DNA of 64,000 bases from the human T2T-CHM13v2.0 reference genome, Homo sapiens. Positions within the stretch are counted from its first letter, which is position 1. Each line of letters begins with the position of its first letter. Location: NCBI RefSeq assembly GCF_009914755.1, contig NC_060926.1; one strand, given 5' to 3'. Under the pieces are notes generated by a model. That model had not been told where the DNA came from. It saw only the letters and a list, made by a program, of their open reading frames with translations, and made no database searches. Below are positions 1-15,800 of this stretch, one piece after another. The translations under genes were made by a program, and so were the position numbers.

Positions 1-398
1 TTAAGAAAATGTGGCACATATACACCATGGAATACTATGCAGCCATAAAAAATGATGAGTTCATGTCCTTTGTAGGGACATGGATGAAATTGGAAATCAT
101 CATTCTCAGTAAACTATCGCAAGAACAAAAAACCAAACACCGCATATTCTCACTCATAGGTGGGAATTGAACAATGAGAACACATGGACAGAGGAAGGGG
201 AACATCACACTCTGGGGACTGTTGTGGGGTGGGGGGAGGGGGGAGGGATAGCATTGGGAGATATACCTAATGCTAGATGACGAGTTAGTGGGTGCAGCGC
301 ACCAGCATGCCACATGTATACATATGTAACTAACCTGCACATTGTGCATATGTACCCTAAAACTTAAAGTATAATAATAAAAAAAAAAGAAAAAAAAA
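1..398 (+). mobile_element. Young L1 (L1PA2/3-like) 3' end with poly(A), truncated by the window start
   Basis: ORF2 C-terminus (...IFSLIGGN*), G-rich 3'UTR, gatgacGAGttagtggg (GAG, not the L1HS-Ta ACA), A-tail. Confidence 0.95.
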
Positions 399-523
399 TT
401 GTTTGTAGGGATGGGGGTCTCCCTATGTTGCCCAGGCTGGTCTCGAACTTCTGGATTCAAGTGATCCTTCCATCATGGCCTCCCCAAGTGCTGGATTATA
501 GGCGTGGGCCACTGCGCCCAGCC
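399..523 (-). mobile_element. AluJ/FLAM left monomer directly abutting the L1 poly(A)
   Basis: tatgttgcccaggctggtctcgaac...gtgctggattataggcgtgggccactgcgcccagcc. Confidence 0.85.
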
Positions 524-2409
524 AATTCTCACTTCTCATGGCAGAGGGACTCAGGAGGCAGAAAGAAAACCTTCCTTTTATCCTTCCAGAAATTCCCAGT
601 TGGAAGACTATATAGGAAGTTCATGGTGCTGGATTTCTTCCTGCCTTCCATGCTGTTCCCATCCCCCAGTTGGTTTTAGCTCTTCCTGCTGCCTCAATAT
701 GTGGCTGTAATCCAGATTCTCCAGCCTCCATTCACATGAATTTTCCTATACCTCATCCGTGCCCCACCTTCAACTAGAGTTTTCCTGTGCAGGGATATGT
801 CCTGATCCGCACCACTGGTCTTTATCTCTCCTGAGTTTGTCCTGAACTTCCAGCTGTTGAACCATAGACAATGGTTTGACTCAATAGCTCTAAAGCCAGC
901 CGGTCCATCTGTTCTTAATCTTACCTCTGTTCCACTCAAGATACCTGGAGTTCACTTCAATTCCTTGGTCTCCTGTTTCTTCCACACGCTGTCAGCCAGG
1001 CAAGTCATCCTTTGTGGTATCTCTTGCATCCTTCGAGATGTCTCTTGCGTCTATTTCATCTTTTTATATCCAGTACTTTCACCCAAGGGCAGATCTTCAT
1101 CTGAGCATTTATTCATGTCTTCAAAAATAATTACTGCATAGCTCTTGAGTTCCAAGAGCTGTCAGAGATGCCGATCAGAGTTTGGGTCACTCTAGCTGCT
1201 GTAGGGGAATAGGCTGTAGAATGGCAGGAGAGGAGGTGGGGGCACTGGCTGGGAGGCTGGTATAGTTGCAGCTGTGAGAGGCAATGATGCCTCTTGGTCA
1301 GGTGGTTGCCGTGGAGATGGGGAGATGTGGGCAGACTTGGGCTGTGAGCGTAGGCTCCTGAAAGAGTCTCCTGCCATTCCATATCCCTCATGAAGCCTCC
1401 CCTGCCACTCTGGTGCCTAAGATCATCACTCTCCTTTGAGTCTGCAGTGCCTCCATTGGCCCTTTGCCTGTGTAACCAAATATATCCTTTCTCTAAGCAG
1501 TGATTTTTGAGCTTTTTATAAAAGGGACCTCTTGAAAACATGAAGAAAGTCCACACACCTTTTCCCCAGAGAATGTTCCTTCCCATGAAAGTTTACAAAC
1601 AACTGCAGGGTGTTTAACCATGGGGTCCCTGTTCCCTAGGCTAAGGACTCTATTATCTCTGTCACCCACAAGCCAACCTCTCACTTCTTTCCATCTTCTT
1701 CTCTTATTGTATTTCAGTGGGCACAGAAGATGCTCCAGACATACATTTCCTTGATGGCACCCTCATTCCTGATAACTTCCTTTGGAAATGCATGACATTC
1801 ACTTGTCCATTTTTGTAAAGTCATGCAAAATTTGGTTTGAAATGTTCTAAAATAACCTAAGAATGTGGTTGGCTTAATGGTTCAATTTGGAGCACCTCTT
1901 TGGGCCAAGGGATTGGAGAGGAGGAGCTGTGGTCAGAGTTAGGTCTGCTGGCACTGCAGATAAACAAATGTTTTCAATGTGAATTGTGCTGTATAAAGGT
2001 CCAAGGGTCTTTCCAGAAGAAGTTAGCACTAAGTTAAAGCATTTTGAGGCTGGAGTGCATTTAGAGAAGACTCATTAATGTTCATGTGATCATGTTATGA
2101 CAGGTCAATACCACTTTAAATCATTCCAAATGGTCTAACATGTGGCTTGAAAAATAACAGAGGAAACAGTTGTAAGGATGATTGCATAGTGCTCTATTAC
2201 TGCGACTTTTGTTTCTAAAGCCAATGTGAGGGCCACACAACTGTGAGACAAAGGCGATTACTTTGGTATTGAAAGCACCTTTGCAGGACTGCTATCAGTT
2301 AGCAGAAAATGTCCTCCTGGCACTAGCATTGTCTTCTGTTAAAGTGCTTTCCACAGAGCATTCCTTAACTGCAGTCCACAACAATTCTGGATTTAAAACT
2401 GAGAACTCA

Positions 2410-2770
2410 AAAGAAAGACTATTTTTTTTGAGAGTTCTGTATATATTCTAGGTGCTAATCCTTTTCAGATAGATAGTTTGCAAATATTTTCTCCCATCCA
2501 TAGCTTTTTTTTCATCCTCTTCACTGGGTCTTTCAGAGAGCAACAGTTTCTGATTTTGATGAGGCCCAATTTATACATTTTCCCTTTTATGGATCCTGCT
2601 TCTGGTGTCCAGTCTAAGACCTCTTTGCCTAGCTCTAGATTCTGAGGATGTTTTTCCTATGTTTTAATCTCAAAGCTTCATAGTTTTATGTTTAAGTCCA
2701 TGACCGATTTTGAGTTTAATACTTGTGTAAGGTGTGAAGTTTACCTAGAGATTCATTTTGTTGCCTATGA
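2410..2770 (-). mobile_element. Old L1M (L1MC/ME-like) fragment
   Basis: Degenerate antisense ORF2 motifs (ttgcaaatattttctccca, ccatgaccgattttgagtt). Confidence 0.6.
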
Positions 2771-2819
2771 ATGAGAGACTAATTTTTAGAACCTCTTATT
2801 TGAATGTATTTATTGCGCT

Positions 2820-2950
2820 TCTTTTTTTGTTTTTAGTACAGATGGGGTCTCGCTGTGTTGCCCAGGCTGGGTGCCAACTCCTGGCCTCAAGTGATCCTCC
2901 TGACCAAGCCTCCCAAAGTGCTGGGATTACAGGTGTGAGCCACTGGGCAG
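2820..2950 (-). mobile_element. FLAM_C / AluJ monomer
   Basis: gatggggtctcgctgtgttgcccaggctgg...cccaaagtgctgggattacaggtgtgagccac. Confidence 0.85.
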
Positions 2951-3450
2951 GACTACTGTGCTTTTGTGTTTTCTCTTCCACTAGCCCTGAGCTGAAGACG
3001 AACATCCCAGAATGTTCTGTTTTCTTCTGTCTTTCAGTATCTCAGTATGGAGGGGCTCCAGATGGATCCAAATAAGGAACTGCGAATGTTCATATTTTAA
3101 ACATTAAACTGTTTCACCAAGTTTCTTGATGAAAAGATCAAATGCAGGCAAGATTATTAATCACAAGATATTTTATTCTAAAATGGTCTTGTGTACAATT
3201 ACAGAGATCCACCATGACAATCCTGCTCTTTCTCACTCCACTAGCCCTGCAATAAATTGGAAATTCACACAGAAACACTGATTCATTGTGAAATTCAACC
3301 GAAACATTCAGCAGTTCTCATGACTTTTTTTGCACTTATAATAGATTTTTTCATATTTATGTTAATTTGTAACGATCTCATGGACATGTAAAGCTTTTAG
3401 CTCTCTACCTGTGTGACATTCAGAAAATAACCTATTTTCCATTTAAAGAG

Positions 3451-3511
3451 GTTAGTTGAAATATTCAGATAGGATTATCCTATCTAATCCTATCTGAATA
3501 TTTCAACTAAC
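3451..3511. repeat. Perfect inverted repeat, 27-bp arms, 7-nt spacer
   Basis: gttagttgaaatattcagataggatta (3451-3477) / tcctatc / taatcctatctgaatatttcaactaac (3485-3511). The arms are exact reverse complements. Confidence 0.95.
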
Positions 3512-4894
3512 ATATTAATATTTCAATTAAAACATGAGGTCTTTTCAAGTTTTCCAATTATGCATATAGAACTGGCAATTGATATGTGGTCTTGTCAAAA
3601 TAGTGAAAGAACAATCATGCAGCTGGGCCCTGTGAGGGCTGGGATAAGCCAGCGTCCAGACAAGTTAGACACAACTATTTTCCTCTCTCTTCTCCCTTGC
3701 CCTCTAACCATGAGGAATTATAGTGCCTTTTGCTATAAGTCAAAATGTCAGTTCTCACAAAAGGATTTGAATAACTGGTCTCAGGAATGGTTTGAGGTAC
3801 TCTAGGGTTGATACCAGAGTAAGACTTTTAAAAGTCTCTGGAAAGGGTAGCAGCATAACTTAAATATATCAATTTTTATTAGAGATGACCATTTCTTCTT
3901 TTAATAATCACATTGTCACTATGCAGATCTGCATTTTTCATGAAAAACTTCATTTCTGATTCTGAAGGCGTTTCCCCTTCATTTGCAAGCATTTCATAAA
4001 TGCTGATGTTCTTAAACTTTGCTTTTTGTTCAAAACTGTTCATCGTTAAGTGACTCTTTAATAGCTAGTTAATAAAATACTTTCACCCAACAAAGACCAG
4101 ATTGTGTAGCTGGTAATTTCAGATTTACACGGAACAAGCTTCACTAACAGCGAATTTTTAATTTGCAAGTATAAAACTCCCTTGTGCATATTTAGAGGAA
4201 GAGATTCTTAGAATAAAATTGGAATGCTTCCAATTCTCTTTATTCTTAGGCACTTCTTCAAAATTGTCTCGCAGAGTAAGAGTATGATTTTTAAAATTAA
4301 CTGTATTCAGGGGGCTTTTTTTTTCCAGAACAAGCTAGAACTTCTGGGGTATAGGCAGAACAATAGGGCCCTAGGTGGTCTCCCAGATCAGGTTCCCTGG
4401 AAACACTCAGATGGAGATGGATGTAGGTGGTCTACTGGGAACACCACCCAGAAGGAAGAGAGGGAGGGAAGCAGCCCTGGGCAGAGGGAGAAGCTAAGTT
4501 ATGATGCAATTGCAAGAGAGCTATCAGCTAATCCCAAAGGGAGCAACAGAAGCTGGGAGAACCCTTGGAGTTGTCCAGGCAAGGTGAGGGGGCTGGGCTT
4601 TGGTACTATCACGTGACTGTCCTTGGATGCAGCTGCCCCAGAAGTGGTGTAACCTCGCCTGTAGTGGCTCCCTTAGACTGGAGCAATTCCTGGGGTGGGA
4701 TTTAGCTGTGAGTGTCAGCACTGTCATGTGGGGAGCCAGGTGCTTGAGTGCCTTGGTCCTGAAAGGGGTATCCAAGGGGCCCAACTCAGCATCTACTGCC
4801 AGTGAATTGGGTTGTGCCCCAAATGAGCAGTAAGGGGTCTCTTCTTTTGTTCATTCAGTGAACATCAGTGGAACGTGGTTAAAGAAAGGGATGA

Positions 4895-5520
<626 letters not shown>

Positions 5521-5857
5521 TGATTTTATGTTTACCATTACCCTCTCTCCCTTGCTCGTAACTTCTAACTCAAGTAGCTCGTCTTGCTTGACTGCACAGG
5601 CTATCCCTTTTCTCTCTCACTGTGACCTGGCACCAGGGTTCCCAGACACAGTCTGCCAGACCCTCGGAGCTGCTCCTCCCACACAGAAGTTTGCGAGTCT
5701 GTGTGCTGGTCAGAACATCCTTGTAACATGAGGAGCACGACTGTGGCTGTCTGAGCTGGAGCTGGGTCACTGCCTCTCAACAGTCACTGTGGATCATAAC
5801 CTCTATCAATCCACTCTGAAGAGCTGATGCAGACTGGAGTCACAGCAGGATCATGAT

Positions 5858-6675
5858 CTTTTTTTTTTTTTTTATATTACTTTAAGTTCTGGGATACATG
5901 TGCAGAACGTACAGGTTTGTTACATAGGTATACATGTGCCATGGTGGTTTACTGCACCTATCAACCCGTCATCTAGGTTTTAAGCCCCGAATGCATTAGG
6001 TATTTGTCCTAATGCTCTCTCTCCCCTTGCCCCCCATCCCCTAACAGGCCCCTGTGTGTGATGTTCCCCTCCCTGTGCCCATGTGTTCTCATTGTTCAAC
6101 TCCCACTTATGAGTGAGAACATGTGGTGTTTGGTTTTCTGTTCCTGTGTTAGTTTGCTGAGGATGATAGTTTTCAGCTTCATTCATGTATCTGCAAAAGA
6201 CATGAACTCATTCTTTCTTATGGCTGCATAGTATTCCATGGTGTATATGTGCCACATTTTCTTTATCCAGTCTATCATTGATGGGCATTTGGGTTGGTTC
6301 CAAGTCTTTGCTATTGTAAATAGTGCTGCAGTAAACACACGTGTGCATGTGTCTTTACAGAATGATTTATAATCCTTTGGGTATATACCAGTAATGGGAT
6401 TGCTGGGTCAAATGGTATTTCTGGTTCTAGGTCCTTGAGGAATCGCCACACTGTCTTCCACAATGGTTGAACTAATTTACACTCTCACCAACAGTGTAAA
6501 AGTGTTCCTATTTCTCCACAGCCTTGCCAGCTTCTGTTGTTTCCAGACTTTTTAATAATCACCATTCTAATTGGCGTGAGATAGTATCTCATTGTGGTTT
6601 TGATTTGCATTTCTCTAATGACCAGTGATAATGAGCTTCTTTTCATATGTTTGTTGGCTGCTGCATAAATGTCTT
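5858..6675 (-). mobile_element. 5'-truncated L1PA (about L1PA7/8) 3' end
   Basis: Poly(T) then tactttaagttctgggatacatgtgcagaac. ORF2 C-terminal translation ([10 protein letters not shown]...) on the minus strand. Confidence 0.9.
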
Positions 6676-7448
6676 TAAGAATCCACTCTTCAGAGCTGAT
6701 TCCGACTGGATTTTGGTCAGCCATGAAGTGGTATCTGACTGCAACACACTCTACTTCAAACATAGTCATGTTTTAGGATGAGGCCATCTTCAAGCCTGAG
6801 ATCCGTTTCTCATAGAAAGTGTTTATGCTGAAAGCATATGGGCCCTAAGAGTTCACTTCTCCTGCAGGCTTCACCATGAAGACCCCCCCAGTTATTGGCA
6901 AGTTCATTCCACCTCCGCTTCCAACCCCCCTACACGACGGAAGGACGGGCCCAATGTGACACTGTGTGAACTCTGATTTCCTTTGGTAACAAATACTTCT
7001 GTTAAAATATATCCAGATGTCAGCGCTAGATGATAAATTTGAACAAACACATTTTGGTTAAATTAGTATGATTATTTTGACTTTCCAGTGTTTACTTGGT
7101 TTGTTAAGCATTTTTACTTCTCTCTACCATTGAGGAAAGACAAGTGGGATAATTTATTTTGAGGAAGGAAAACTCAAAGCTATCACGTATGTGAAAAAAC
7201 ATGTGAGGTATCTGAGTTGTTGAAATCACGATTGATCCTAATTGATACTTACAAGTTATAGAAAATGTGGCAATGGATTGCCAATCAATATTTAAAAACT
7301 GAAAACCTGTTGGTAGATAACATGGTTTCTCTAGGAAACAAACGGCTGCACTCCCAACAGATTTGTAAATATCTCATTGACTCAAAGCAAAGAAGTCAAT
7401 AAAAAGAAAATGAAATCAAATTTCTAAAATTTCATACAAATATTTTAC

Positions 7449-7571
7449 CTTATTTTTCTCCTTTGTTCCTTTCTTTTGTTTTTTGGCTTTCTTGGGTTGT
7501 TTTTCCTTTTTCTTCTTCTTCTTTTTGTTTTTTTCTTCTTCCTCTTGGTTTGCTATGATATCCTCAATAAC
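7449..7571 (-). CDS. IQCA1: IQCA1 internal coding exon (123 nt, phase 0 to 0), Lys-rich: [41 protein letters not shown]
   Basis: Minus-strand acceptor ttttcactag|GTTATT and donor AATAAG|gtaaaa. 41 open codons continuing ...KTIQQ. Matches the recalled IQCA1 basic region. Confidence 0.93.
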
Positions 7572-8906
7572 CTAGTGAAAACCAAAATAATCATACCATT
7601 TTCATAGATCCCTATCAAGAGAAGGACTGTTTTCCCTGTCTGAAAGGAAGTTTTTGTGCTGGTCAGTGTCATCTCTCTGCCTGGCCCTGGACCCTGCAGG
7701 CCGACCCCTTCTGGGGCATGGTGGGGCTCCTGCCTACCATCTACCCTTAGCTGGATTCATGAACAGGGGGCAGCAGCCTCAGTGTAGATGGAGAGAGAGT
7801 CTCGACGTTTCTGAGCCCAGTTCCTTCCCTAATTCCACCCACTCCAGCTCCTGGAGGTTCCACAAACTCTAGGGGAGGTCATAGCTTCCTCAACGTCTCA
7901 GCAACAGCTGGATGTGCCAGCCCTGCCCACAGCTCGTCAAAATCCAGGGGGAGGATGCCACTGCTTCCTGCTAGGCTCCAATGGCAACAGCCACTCTTGC
8001 AATAACTTTCATTTTCATGAGTTGGTTTCTTTCACCAGTGATTTAATTTATATCCCCTACAGTGACAAAAGACCTTTTATCCTCCTAAATTATAAAATAT
8101 TTGTTAAAAAGTATCCAGTTCACATAGGATTAGCACTACTGGAGAATTATTATAGATTTGTTAAAAAAACATATAATTCAGTTCAATACAACAGTGTTCA
8201 CTGAGCACTCACTCACTGCCATAGAGAGCTGTGAATTCCAGGAGATATAAAGGTGACAATGACAGGACACGCTTCCTGTTTGGCCCCCAGGGCTCTGCTC
8301 ATGACTTGTCATGTGGCCAAGACAAGCTGCATAAGCTCTCTGAGACTCAGTTTCCTCAGCTCTAAAAGGGAGCCAGCATCTCCGTACATAGCACTTAGGA
8401 TCCGCCAGGCATGCTTCTGAGAGCCTCACAGAGACAGACTCCTTTGCTGCTACACCAGACGCATGGGGGTTGCTGTTGTTGCCCTGTTTTATGGATGAGG
8501 GAACTGGGACACATACAGTGCAGTATCCCAGCCAGGGACACACAGCTAGTGAGTAGCTGAGCTGGGATTCAGCACGTGCTTAACCAGGATGAATTTCATA
8601 ATGTAGGGAGAAAAGAGGCATAATGTATAAGAACACATGTCAACTTACTCCATCGTACAAAATGCACAGAGTGAAACCAACAATCCATACTCCAGTCTCA
8701 GGTACATACACATGTAGTCCAAGTACAAAGGAATGTAAGGGAATGACAAACTCCAAATTAAGTACAGCAGTTGCCTTTGAAGATGGAGCAATTAAAAAAT
8801 TGGGGGTGGGGAGACAAGGGCTAATATCGTTTTATCCTAGTGTGGAGAAAGGCGAGAGGTGAAGCATGTGTTGTGAACATATTTGGCCATGCAAAAATGA
8901 TCTTTT

Positions 8907-9130
8907 CCCAGCCTAGGCAACATGATGAAACCCCATGTCTACAAAAAAAAACACAAAACATTAGCCAGGCATGGTGGTGCACACCTGTATTCCCAGCTAT
9001 CTGGGAGGCTGAGGTGGGAGGATTACCTGAGCCTGGAAGGTAGAGGCTGCTGTGAGCTATGATCCAGCCACTGCCCTCCAGCCTGGGTGACAGAGTGAGA
9101 TCCTGCCTCAAAAAAACAAAACAAAACAGA
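8907..9130 (+). mobile_element. 5'-truncated AluJ
   Basis: cagcctaggcaacatgatgaaacccc...ggtagaggctgctgtgagctatgatc...(caaaa)n tail. Confidence 0.85.
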
Positions 9131-9235
9131 CAAAGGCTCACCTTGACTCACAGAATCAAGGTGTGGCTGCCCAGGTCTTCATTGTACTGGAGCACTTGTA
9201 ACACAGACATTGTTTGGACCTTAGAAACTGTAAAG

Positions 9236-12506
<3,271 letters not shown>

Positions 12507-12809
12507 CTTTCAGAAATGTAAAGACTTAAAAAAAATAGTCGGATATATAATTATGAGCAGCTGAAAAGATGAAATCCTTATTTGTGGAGTATAAATTTCA
12601 CTGTGGCCTTATCAGTTAAGCCTTTTAAAGTCTTACCAATTATATGGTTTATTTCATCTCTCTCCTTTTATAGTTTATTAGTTTAAATTTTTGAGTATTA
12701 CATTTTCATGGTTCACAATTCAAAAGTTATGAAAGAGTAATTATACATAAATACAGTGAAAGGTTTCCTCCCCATACTGTTAACTAGCCAAGAAGATCCA
12801 CTTTCTCTT

Positions 12810-15800
12810 TTTATTTTTTATTAGGGCATAATTGACAAAAATTTAATATATATACAGTATACAACATGATGTTTTGATACATGTACACATTGTGGAATGA
12901 TTAAGTCAAGCTAACTAACATGTCCATCACCTTACATGCTTAGCATTTTTTGTGTGTGATGAGAACATTTACAATCTATTCTCTTAGCAATTAAAAATAT
13001 ACACTATAATATTGTTAATTATGGTCATCATGCTGGACAATACATCTCCAGAACTTTTTCCTCCTGTCTAATGGAAACTCTGTACCCTTTGACCAACATC
13101 TCTCCATTCCCTGATCTTCCCCTCCCACCCTTGGTAATCACTATTCTACTCTCTGCTTCTGTAAGTTAAATTGTTTTTTTAGATTTTATTTATAAGTGAG
13201 ATCATGCAGTATTTGTCTTTCTGTGCCTGGCTTATTTCACTTAGCATAATGTCCTCTGGGTTCATGCATGTTGTCACAAATGACAGAAATTTCCTTCTTT
13301 TTTAAAGCTGAATAGTGTTCCACTGGGTATATACAATACATTATGTTTATCCGTTCATCTACTGAAGAACACTGAGGTTGCTTCCACATCTTGGCTTTTG
13401 TGAGCAATGCTGCAATGAACATGGTAGTGCAGACATCTCTTTGACACACTGATTTCATTTCCTTTGGATACATACTCAGTAGTGGGATTGCTGGATCATA
13501 TAGTTCTATTTTTCATTTTTTGAGGAACTTCCACACTGTTTTCCATAATGGCTGTGTTAATTTACATTCCCACCAACAGTGTACAAGGGTCCCCTTCTCT
13601 CACATCCTTGCCAACATTTGTTGTCTTTTGTCTTTTTGATAACAGCCATCCTAAGTGTGAAGTAATATCTCATTGTTTAATTTGCGTATGTCTGTTGCGT
13701 TCAGCATTTTTCCATATACATGTTGACCATTTGTATGTCTTCTTTTGAGAAATGTCTATTCATGTCCTTTGCCCAATTTTAAATTAGGTTGTTTTCTTGC
13801 TATAGCAGTCTTTAAATTCTTTATATATTTTGGAAATTAACGCCTTATCAGATGTATGGTTTGCAAATATTTTCTCCCAATTCATAGGTTGACTCTTCTC
13901 TTTTGTTTCCTTGCTGTGCAGAAGTTTTTTAGTTTGGTGCAATCCCATTTACCTGTTTTTACTTTTGTTGCCTGTGCTTTTGGGGTCATATCCAGAAAAT
14001 CACTGCCCAGATCAATGTCATGGAGATTTCCCCTATGTTTTCTTACAGTAGTTTTATAGCTTCTGGTCTTTTGTTCATGGCTTTCACTCATTTTGAGTTG
14101 ATTTGTGTATATGGTGTGAGATAAGGGTTCAATTTCCTTGTTCTGCATGTGGATATATAGTTTTCTCAAACCATTTATCAAAGAGACTTATCCTTCTTCC
14201 ATTGTGTGTTCTTGACACCTTTGTTGAAAATCAATTTGCTGTAGTGTGTGGATTTATTTCTGGGCTCTCTCTTCTGTTCCACTGATCTTTATGTCTGTTT
14301 TTATGCCAGTATCACGCTGTTTTGCTTTCTGTAGCTTTGTAATATATTTGGAAATCAGGAAGTGTGATGTCTTTAGCTTTGTTCTTTTAGCTCAAGATTT
14401 CATTGGATATTTGAGGTGTTTTGTGGTTCCATATAAATTTTAGAATTGCTTTTTCTATTTCTGTGAAAAAGTGTCACTGAAATTTTGATAGTCATTACAC
14501 TGAATCTATAGATCACTTTGGGTAATATGTTCATTTTTACAACATTAATTCTTCCAATTCATGAGTACAGGATATCTTTCTATTTATTTGTGTCCTCTTA
14601 AAATTCTTTCACCAATGTTTTGCATGTTTTGTAGGTTTCAATACACAGATCCTTCACCTCCTTGGTTAAATTTATACCTAAATTAAAAGAATGTTACTAT
14701 AAATGGGATTGTTTTCTTGATTTCTTTTTCAGAGAGTTCACTGTTAGTGTATAGAAATGCTACTGATCTTTTGTATGCTGATTTTGTATCTTGCAACTTT
14801 ACTAAATTTGTTCGTCAGTTCTAATAGTATTTTTAGTGGAGTCTCTGGGGTTTTCCTTTTTCTTTTTCAAAATTTTTAAAAATTCAATACAGACAGGGTC
14901 TTGCTATGTTGCCCAGGCTCTTCTCGAAAACCTGTGCTAAAGTGATCCTCCCACTTCAGCCTCCCAAAGTGCTGGGATTACAGGCGTGAGCCACCGTGCC
15001 CGGCCTCTGGATTTTTCTATATGCAAGATCAAAGACAGGAAATTTCACTTCTTCCCTTCCTATTTGGATGCCTTCTATTTCTTATTCTTGCCTAATTGCT
15101 CTGGCTAGGACTTCTGTACTAGGTTGAATAAAACTGGCAAGAGTGGGCATCCTTATCTTGTGCAGATCTTAGAGGAAAAACTCAGATTTTCACTATTGAG
15201 TATGATTTTAGCTGTGGGCTTTTCGTATATAGTCTTTATCGTGTTAAGTTCCTTCTCTGCATAATTTGTTGAGTTTTTATTATGAAAGAGTTTTGAATTT
15301 TGCCAAATACTTTTTCTGCATCTATTAAAATGATCATATGATTTTTATCCCTCATTCTGTTAATGTGGTATATTATACTGATTGATTTGGATAGGCTGAA
15401 CCACTCTTGCGTCCCAAGGATAAATCCTGTTTGGTCATGGTGAATGATTCTTTTAATGTGCTCTTGAATTTGGTTTGCTAGTATTTTGTTGAGGGTTTCT
15501 GCATCTATGTTCATCATGAACATTGGCTTATAATTTTCTTTTCTCTCAGTATCTTGCCTGGTTTTGGTATTAGGTTTATGCTGGCCTCATAAATGAATTT
15601 GGAAGTATTTATTTCTCTTCAATTTTTGGGAAGAATTTAAGAAGCATTGGTATTAGTTCTTTACATGTTTGGTAGAATTCACACAAGAAGCCATTTTATC
15701 CTGGGCCTTTCTTTATTGGAAGGGTTTTGATTACTGATTCAATTTCTCTACTCACTATGATTTTCTATTTTTTCATGATTAGTCCTGTTGTTGTATAATA

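Noticed and set aside
225-248. G-quadruplex-like G-runs (also about 12350 and 25380)
   Set aside because: Standard feature of the L1PA 3'UTR, not locus-specific.
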